Shown here piece by piece: positions 6,595-11,056 of a DNA stretch of 11,056 bases. The DNA comes from a virus (lineage: Duplodnaviria > Heunggongvirae > Uroviricota > Caudoviricetes), in the IMG/VR virus record IMGVR_UViG_2663763028_000004, positions 1 through 11,056 of that record; one strand, written 5' to 3'. How positions within the stretch are numbered: the stretch's first letter is position 1; every line of letters starts with the position of its first letter. Below the pieces are notes generated by a model. That model saw only the letters and a program-made list of their open reading frames with translations. It made no database searches and was not told the origin of the DNA. Both the position numbers and the translations under genes were made by a program.

Positions 6595-6930
6595 ATGACG
6601 GTAATCGTGTACGGGAAATCAACATTTGCAGGAAATGCCAAAACTCGCCGTCATGAGCGGCGCAGAAAGATGGCTATCGAGCGTGATGCCATCTGCAACA
6701 TCATTGATTCTATCTTCGGCACAGACAGTGAGGAACCTGTTCAGGAGGCCCCAAGAAAGCGTTTAAGCCTTTCTGAAAAAGCAATATCACTCGGAAGCCT
6801 TCGCTGCAAGAAGGCAGAAGAAGTCGAGCGTAAACAGAACCGTATTTACTACCGCAAGCCACGCAGTGAAATGGGTGTGACTTGTGTTGGTCGCCAGAAA
6901 ATGAAATTAGGCAGCAAACCACTTATTTGA
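6595..6930 (+). CDS. N: Antitermination protein N (P22 gene 24-like)
   Basis: Start chosen at the internal Met of track ORF 6511..6930 (GAGGAAAA RBS). N-terminus MTVIVYGKSTFAGNAKTRRHERRRKMAIERD contains the arginine-rich boxB-binding motif and is near-identical to the P22 N N-terminus as I recall it. Confidence 0.88.
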   Translation: MTVIVYGKSTFAGNAKTRRHERRRKMAIERDAICNIIDSIFGTDSEEPVQEAPRKRLSLSEKAISLGSLRCKKAEEVERKQNRIYYRKPRSEMGVTCVGRQKMKLGSKPLI

Positions 6931-6938
6931 GGTGATAT

Positions 6939-7409
6939 ATGACAATATCATGGAGCGTACCTTTTCCTGAATCAGAAACTGAACATGATGGAATGCCTGT
7001 TTTCTGGAGATTCCAGGCGACAGTTGAAGAAGATGGAATCAAAATATTCGCACTTCAATATATAGCTTTTCATCAGACAGAGCATTATGCATGGTTGGTT
7101 CCTGCGCATTGGATTGTTAATTTTAAACCAGCACCAAATCAGTGGTTACAGGAATGGAAACAAAAGAGAAATAGATATGCAATTAAGAAAGTAGCAAAAA
7201 ATGCAGAAAGATCTTTTGCATTCCCAACGAAGAAACTTGCCATTGAAAGTTTATTGCGCCGGAAGAAATACCATTTAATGAGAATCAAACAAGATTTGGC
7301 TGTTGTATCAACTCTTGTTGATGGGATGAAGAATATTGATACATCAACACCAGATATTGAATATAACTTTGGACACAACCAAGAAACAGAAAATTGGGTA
7401 TTTTATTAG
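6939..7409 (+). CDS. Hypothetical protein (156 aa), AT-rich, directly downstream of N
   Basis: Track ORF with GAGGTGA RBS, 8 nt after the N stop; visibly lower GC than flanking genes (roughly 35-40 percent by eye); no motif recognised. Confidence 0.7.
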   Translation: MTISWSVPFPESETEHDGMPVFWRFQATVEEDGIKIFALQYIAFHQTEHYAWLVPAHWIVNFKPAPNQWLQEWKQKRNRYAIKKVAKNAERSFAFPTKKLAIESLLRRKKYHLMRIKQDLAVVSTLVDGMKNIDTSTPDIEYNFGHNQETENWVFY

Positions 7410-7423
7410 TACAAATAAGCACT

Positions 7424-7451
7424 GTGTATTCATTCCAACGAGTGAATACAC
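7424..7451 (+). other. Perfect 9-bp-stem hairpin (GTGTATTCA / TGAATACAC, 10-nt loop) without U-tract
   Basis: Seen directly, 15 nt after the orf156 stop; function unknown. Confidence 0.5.
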
Positions 7452-7513
7452 GGAGCAATGTCGCTCGTAACTAAACAGGAGCCGACTTGTTCTGATTATT
7501 GGAAATCTTCTTT

Positions 7514-7540
7514 GCCCTCCAGTGCGTGAGGGCCTTTTTA
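7514..7540 (+). terminator. Intrinsic terminator (tL-like), first of a tandem pair
   Basis: Stem GCCCTC/GAGGGC with 8-nt loop, followed by CTTTTTA. Confidence 0.65.
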
Positions 7541-7553
7541 TATGCATACCAAT

Positions 7554-7576
7554 AACGCTTCACTCGAGGCGTTTTT
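7554..7576 (+). terminator. Intrinsic terminator, second of the tandem pair
   Basis: Stem CGCTTC/GAGGCG (one G-U pair) with ACTC loop, followed by TTTTT. Confidence 0.5.
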
Positions 7577-7602
7577 CGTTATGTATAAATAAGGAGCACA
7601 CC

Positions 7603-7743
7603 ATGCAATATGCCATTGCAGGGTGGCCTGTTGCTGGCTGCCCTTCCGAATCTTTACTTGAACGAATCACCCGTAAATTACGTGACGGATGGAAGCGACT
7701 CATCGACGTACTTAATCAGCCAGGAGTTCCCAAAAATGGATAA
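7603..7743 (+). CDS. cIII: CIII (FtsH inhibitor stabilising CII)
   Basis: 46 aa from the internal Met of track ORF 7522..7743, AAGGAG RBS at 7591-7596. MQYAIAGWPVAGCPSESLLERITRKLRDGWKRLIDVLNQPGVPKNG is near-identical to lambda CIII residues 1-46 as I recall them. Confidence 0.85.
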   Translation: MQYAIAGWPVAGCPSESLLERITRKLRDGWKRLIDVLNQPGVPKNG

Positions 7744-7849
7744 AACACTTATGGCTATCCAGACTAAATTCACTATCGCCACTTTTATTGGCGATGAAAA
7801 GATGTTTCGTGAGGCCGTCGAAGCCTACAGAAAATGGAGGTCAAAATGA
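7736..7849 (+). CDS. kil: Kil (host cell-division inhibitor)
   Basis: 37 aa from the internal Met of track ORF 7610..7849: MDKTLMAIQTKFTIATFIGDEKMFREAVEAYRKWRSK matches the lambda Kil N-terminal region as I recall it; overlaps the cIII 3' end as in lambda. Confidence 0.7.
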   Translation: MDKTLMAIQTKFTIATFIGDEKMFREAVEAYRKWRSK

Positions 7850-8034
7850 TCCCGGTAGAACTGGCGAAAACTCCAGAGTTAAGTCGATTAAAAAGAGAGT
7901 ATCACATTGCTGAGGCTCGTTACTGGCGTAAAGCGGGAGATAAATCAAAGAAACAACTTTGCTTATGGCTGGCACAAAGAGAGCGCATGAATGAGCGCGA
8001 ATTTCTTTCCTCCCCATCCGAATTACCATTCTGA
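7846..8034 (+). CDS. Hypothetical protein (62 aa)
   Basis: GGAGG RBS 5 nt upstream of the ATG at 7846; ATGA overlap with the kil stop; C-terminus ...SPSELPF. Confidence 0.5.
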   Translation: MIPVELAKTPELSRLKREYHIAEARYWRKAGDKSKKQLCLWLAQRERMNEREFLSSPSELPF

Positions 8035-8042
8035 GGTGAATT

Positions 8043-8723
8043 ATGGGAACTGCGATATTAATACTCGGTGAGTCTGGCACCGGAAAATCAACCAGCATGA
8101 GAAATATCAATCCAGAGGAAGCAATACTTATAAAACCAATAGGCAAGCCGCTACCATTTAAATCAAAAGACTGGCTTGCATGGGATGCCAGAGCAAAAAA
8201 AGGAACCGTAGTTACCACTGACAAATGGGGTGTAATAGTTGCCGTAATTAAGCGTGCTCACGAATACGGGAAAAGAATCGTTATTGTTGATGACTTCCAG
8301 TATGTGATGAGCAATGAGTTTATGCGCCGCTCAGAAGAAAAATCGTTTGATAAATTTACTGAGATAGGCCGCCACGCATGGGAGGTCATTAAGGCTGCAC
8401 AGGATGCGCCTGATGACCTGAGAGTCTATTTTCTTGCGCACACCGAAGAAACCCCTATGGGGCGCGTGAAAATGAAGACTATCGGCAAAATGCTGGACGA
8501 GAAAATCACTGTCGAAGGCATGTTTACTATAGTTCTTCGCACTCTTACCCGCGATGACCAGTTCTTTTTCACCACGAAAAACAACGGTGCAGACACTGTT
8601 AAATCCCCAATGGGAATGTTTGATTCCAATGAGATTGATAACGATCTCTCTTTCGTCGATGCCACTGTTTGTGATTACTACGGCATCAATAATGTTCATC
8701 AAATTAAGGAAAACGCCGCATGA
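8043..8723 (+). CDS. P-loop ATPase, Sak4-like (RecA-fold recombination ATPase) candidate
   Basis: 226-aa track ORF; N-terminal Walker A GESGTGKST, Walker B-like RIVIVDD; located where lambdoid phages carry their recombination module; GAGG RBS. Confidence 0.6.
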   Translation: MGTAILILGESGTGKSTSMRNINPEEAILIKPIGKPLPFKSKDWLAWDARAKKGTVVTTDKWGVIVAVIKRAHEYGKRIVIVDDFQYVMSNEFMRRSEEKSFDKFTEIGRHAWEVIKAAQDAPDDLRVYFLAHTEETPMGRVKMKTIGKMLDEKITVEGMFTIVLRTLTRDDQFFFTTKNNGADTVKSPMGMFDSNEIDNDLSFVDATVCDYYGINNVHQIKENAA

Positions 8724-9307
8724 GCAACGTAATTTTTACTTATAACGAAGAAGCAGCACTGACCGCAGGGCAAGGTGGTTTTATTAACGAAACTGGCGCT
8801 TACATAATTACCATTACTGAAGCAGAACTCAAGCAATCAGAAAAAGGAGCCAAATTTATTGAGTTTTCTGGAGAATCCGACGACGGACGTAAAATCCAGT
8901 ATCTTAGCGTCTGTGTTCAGAAAAATGACGGCACGGAAAACAAATTTGGCGCAAATGTCGTTCACGCCATGATGGGGTGTGCCGGGATTGGACAATTAAC
9001 GCAACATATGGTTTCCGCCAGTAAATTTGTTGCACCTGAATTTCATGGAAAGAAAATCGGGTTAGTGCTCCAGAAAGTATTAACCACAAACAAAAAGACT
9101 GGCGCAGACAGCTACCAGATGGAAATACGCATCCCGTTTATTGCACAAACAGGTCAAACCCTTAAAGAAAAGGCAGAAGGCAAGCAACCAGAAACTATCG
9201 CCAACATGGTTGCCAGCCTCAAAGATAAAGACAATCGCTCTAAAAACGTAAGCCATAATCATGCAGATGATTATGGTTACAGCCAGAACGATTACCCTCC
9301 TTTCTGA
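8720..9307 (+). CDS. Hypothetical protein (195 aa) with SSB-like acidic/aromatic C-terminal tail; putative ssDNA-binding partner of the ATPase
   Basis: ATGA overlap with the upstream ATPase gene; C-terminus DDYGYSQNDYPPF resembles the SSB C-terminal DDDIPF tip; the body does not look like a canonical OB-fold SSB to me. Confidence 0.55.
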   Translation: MSNVIFTYNEEAALTAGQGGFINETGAYIITITEAELKQSEKGAKFIEFSGESDDGRKIQYLSVCVQKNDGTENKFGANVVHAMMGCAGIGQLTQHMVSASKFVAPEFHGKKIGLVLQKVLTTNKKTGADSYQMEIRIPFIAQTGQTLKEKAEGKQPETIANMVASLKDKDNRSKNVSHNHADDYGYSQNDYPPF

Positions 9308-9330
9308 TTACTGAAAATAAGGCTCCCATT

Positions 9331-9627
9331 ATGCCAGCGCCTCTGTATGGTGCGGATGACCCGCGCAACTGCTCCGGTAGCTCCAAGGCGGAGGTGCTGG
9401 GAAATATCAAAAACAATTTCGACGCGTTTCTTGCTCTGACACCAGAAACAAAAGCAGAACGGATGTACCGACGCGATATACAACTCGCGCTAAAACAGGA
9501 GAAGGACCGAACAAACGAAACAGCAATGAGACCGTTGCGAAAAGCGACAATAGACAAATTCCCTGAATATATCGACCCGCGCCTGCGTAATTACCGCTCA
9601 CGCTATGGCGCTATCAGTAATGACTGA
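9331..9627 (+). CDS. Hypothetical protein (98 aa)
   Basis: Track ORF in operon orientation with a weak AAGG Shine-Dalgarno. Confidence 0.5.
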   Translation: MPAPLYGADDPRNCSGSSKAEVLGNIKNNFDAFLALTPETKAERMYRRDIQLALKQEKDRTNETAMRPLRKATIDKFPEYIDPRLRNYRSRYGAISND

Positions 9628-9637
9628 GGAATTTACC

Positions 9638-9805
9638 ATGAGAGGACTTGCATACAATCCCGGCATTCTTCCGGCAGAAATGATTATTCGCCAACGCGTA
9701 AAGCCAATGCCATCGAGAGAGGAATTGCTTAAGAGAAAGAGTTTCGGTTCTGTTAATGACAACAAATATCTGAATGCGATGTGGCGTAAAGGAGGCAGCC
9801 AGTGA
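9638..9805 (+). CDS. Hypothetical protein (55 aa)
   Basis: Internal Met of track ORF 9605..9805 with GAGGA RBS 7 nt upstream; its stop overlaps the next start (GTGA). Confidence 0.4.
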   Translation: MRGLAYNPGILPAEMIIRQRVKPMPSREELLKRKSFGSVNDNKYLNAMWRKGGSQ

Positions 9806-10446
9806 ATAACCGTTTTTACATGATGTGCTTGCGTGAAACTGTGGGTAATAACGCCTCATTCCATTGCCATAACGGCAATGGTTACAGTTCTGATATCGAT
9901 CGCGCTCATGTTTACACGCTGGAAGAAGCCCAAAAATCCTGGAATTGTGGTCGAGATATCGATCAGCCTGTTTGCGCTGATAGCGTGGATGCAATGGCTG
10001 TGTGGCACGTTGATTGCCAGTACATCCCTACAGAAAGCCTGATTGAGCCAGATTGTACTGCGTATGTGGCCTACAAAAAAGGTAGCTGGAACGGCAACGA
10101 TGTTTACTGGCTTCAACACGGTGGATTGCCAACAGATGACTTCAGTAAAGCGACCATCTTTAGCGTCGCCAACAAAAACGAACCAGGAATAGTTTGGTTG
10201 CCATTTTCCATTGCTGATGCAGCAAAGCACCGGACGTTCAATATCAATAACTTTAACCGCAGAACAATGGTTCAGGGCGCAGGTTTGGTCATGCCTGACT
10301 GGTTGAAAGAGCAGAACAGAAGAAAGAAGTCGCGAAGCGGGAAGGTGCGTTGGAATTGTCCGCATTGCGGAAAAATAACCTGGCAGTACAGCCCATATGA
10401 TTTTGAAGGCTGTCGTGATTACAACTGTGAAGGATGGCGAGAATGA
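9802..10446 (+). CDS. Hypothetical Cys-rich protein (214 aa) with C-terminal CPHCGK...C...C zinc-ribbon-like motif
   Basis: GTG start preceded by strong AAAGGAGG RBS; translationally coupled on both sides; multiple Cys/His clusters. Confidence 0.7.
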   Translation: MNNRFYMMCLRETVGNNASFHCHNGNGYSSDIDRAHVYTLEEAQKSWNCGRDIDQPVCADSVDAMAVWHVDCQYIPTESLIEPDCTAYVAYKKGSWNGNDVYWLQHGGLPTDDFSKATIFSVANKNEPGIVWLPFSIADAAKHRTFNINNFNRRTMVQGAGLVMPDWLKEQNRRKKSRSGKVRWNCPHCGKITWQYSPYDFEGCRDYNCEGWRE

Positions 10447-10958
10447 CAATTGACTATCAGGCACTGCGAGATGCGGCAGTTGCAGTAGAAACAGAACCTA
10501 TGCATCAAAATTTTGTGGCGTTTCGTATGGCGTTCACGCCATCGGTGGCACTGGCACTACTGGATGAAATTAAGCGGCTGGAAGACACAAATATTGATGC
10601 TATGTGCCGTATTGCAGAGCTTGAGACTAATCTCGCGGCGCTGGTGGCAGAGAACGCCGGACTGAAACACGCAATGGCCGTAACTCTTGAGCATGTGTCG
10701 GTCACGGATGCAGGGCAGGCTGGTGTTGCTGCAATGATTATCAACGATGCCCTGCACCACAGCGAAACCCCAGCCACCGATGCTTTCCTGGCTGAAGTAC
10801 GGGCGCAGGGGGTAGAGATGCTGGCAAAAAATCATCAGAGTATCGTCAATGCACTTAAGGGAGATTCTTTATTTTCTGATGGTGAATACCGACATGCAGC
10901 TATTGTTTCCGCAGCTGTATATTTCGCTGCAGAGCTTCGCAAAGGAGGCAACCAGTGA
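10443..10958 (+). CDS. Ea22-like family protein
   Basis: N-terminus [15 protein letters not shown]...FTPSVALALLDEIKRLED follows the pattern of lambda-region Ead/Ea22-like proteins and of the adjacent paralog. Start placed at 10443 (GAAGGA RBS, ATGA overlap) rather than the track's 10434. Confidence 0.65.
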   Translation: MTIDYQALRDAAVAVETEPMHQNFVAFRMAFTPSVALALLDEIKRLEDTNIDAMCRIAELETNLAALVAENAGLKHAMAVTLEHVSVTDAGQAGVAAMIINDALHHSETPATDAFLAEVRAQGVEMLAKNHQSIVNALKGDSLFSDGEYRHAAIVSAAVYFAAELRKGGNQ

Positions 10959-11056
10959 GCGAAATTAATTACCAGGCACTGCGTGAGGCGGCAGAACGTG
11001 CAACTCCAGCAATGGAACGCCTGTTAATGTTGCCAGTTGATGATGATTTGTTAAGT
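10955..11056 (+). CDS. Second Ea22-like paralog, 5' fragment (continues beyond window end)
   Basis: GTG start with AAGGAGG RBS 7 nt upstream, GTGA overlap; VSEINYQALREAAERATPAMERLL... parallels the N-terminus of the preceding gene. Confidence 0.55.
   Translation, partial: MSEINYQALREAAERATPAMERLLMLPVDDDLLS

Noticed and set aside
6101-6641. Track ORFs 6101..6298 (+) and 6447..6641 (-)
   Set aside because: The first reads straight through the 6161-6186 terminator and the pL region; the second is antisense to nutL and the N 5' end.
7522-7849. Long N-terminal extensions of cIII (from 7522) and kil (from 7610) given by the track
   Set aside because: The extensions run through the tandem terminators or the cIII body; internal starts at 7603 and 7736 have proper RBS or coupling and match the recalled lambda protein N-termini.
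9856-10464. 202-aa minus-strand ORF opposite orf214
   Set aside because: Antisense to a gene with a strong RBS and coupling to both neighbours; the minus-strand product is Ser/Thr/Val-rich and the orientation opposes the whole operon.
1-11056. CRISPR arrays, tRNA/rRNA genes, integrase or att sites, IS elements
   Set aside because: No regularly spaced direct repeats, no cloverleaf-like candidates, no recombinase or transposase ORFs seen; the only repeat arrays are the ori iterons and operator dyads.

Overview
This window is the early control region of a lambdoid (enterobacterial, lambda/P22-mosaic) prophage, in inverted orientation relative to the conventional lambda map. All protein identities below are recalled from memory of known phage proteins and from motifs visible in the translations; no database search or computation was run. 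Centre: immunity switch with cI (+, 4076-4783) and cro (-, 3770-3997) diverging from a 78-bp operator region (OR). Minus strand, early-right operon: cro, nutR, cII, a small basic ORF, lambda-O-family initiator with internal iteron origin, DnaB-type helicase, terminator, ninB, and a phage Dam methyltransferase running off the left edge. Plus strand, early-left operon: pL/OL, nutL with a P22-type boxB, P22-like N, an AT-rich unknown ORF, tandem terminators, lambda-like cIII and kil, a P-loop (Sak4-like) ATPase with an SSB-like partner, several unknown ORFs and tandem Ea22-like genes running off the right edge. The best candidates for something undescribed are two accessory cassettes: (1) a terminator-bracketed moron between cI and pL (173-aa acidic protein plus a 40-codon ORF), in the locus where lambda carries rexAB; (2) an AT-rich 156-aa ORF joined directly to N, upstream of the first early-left terminators. 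A frameshift-split reading frame just downstream of cI is a third item worth checking.
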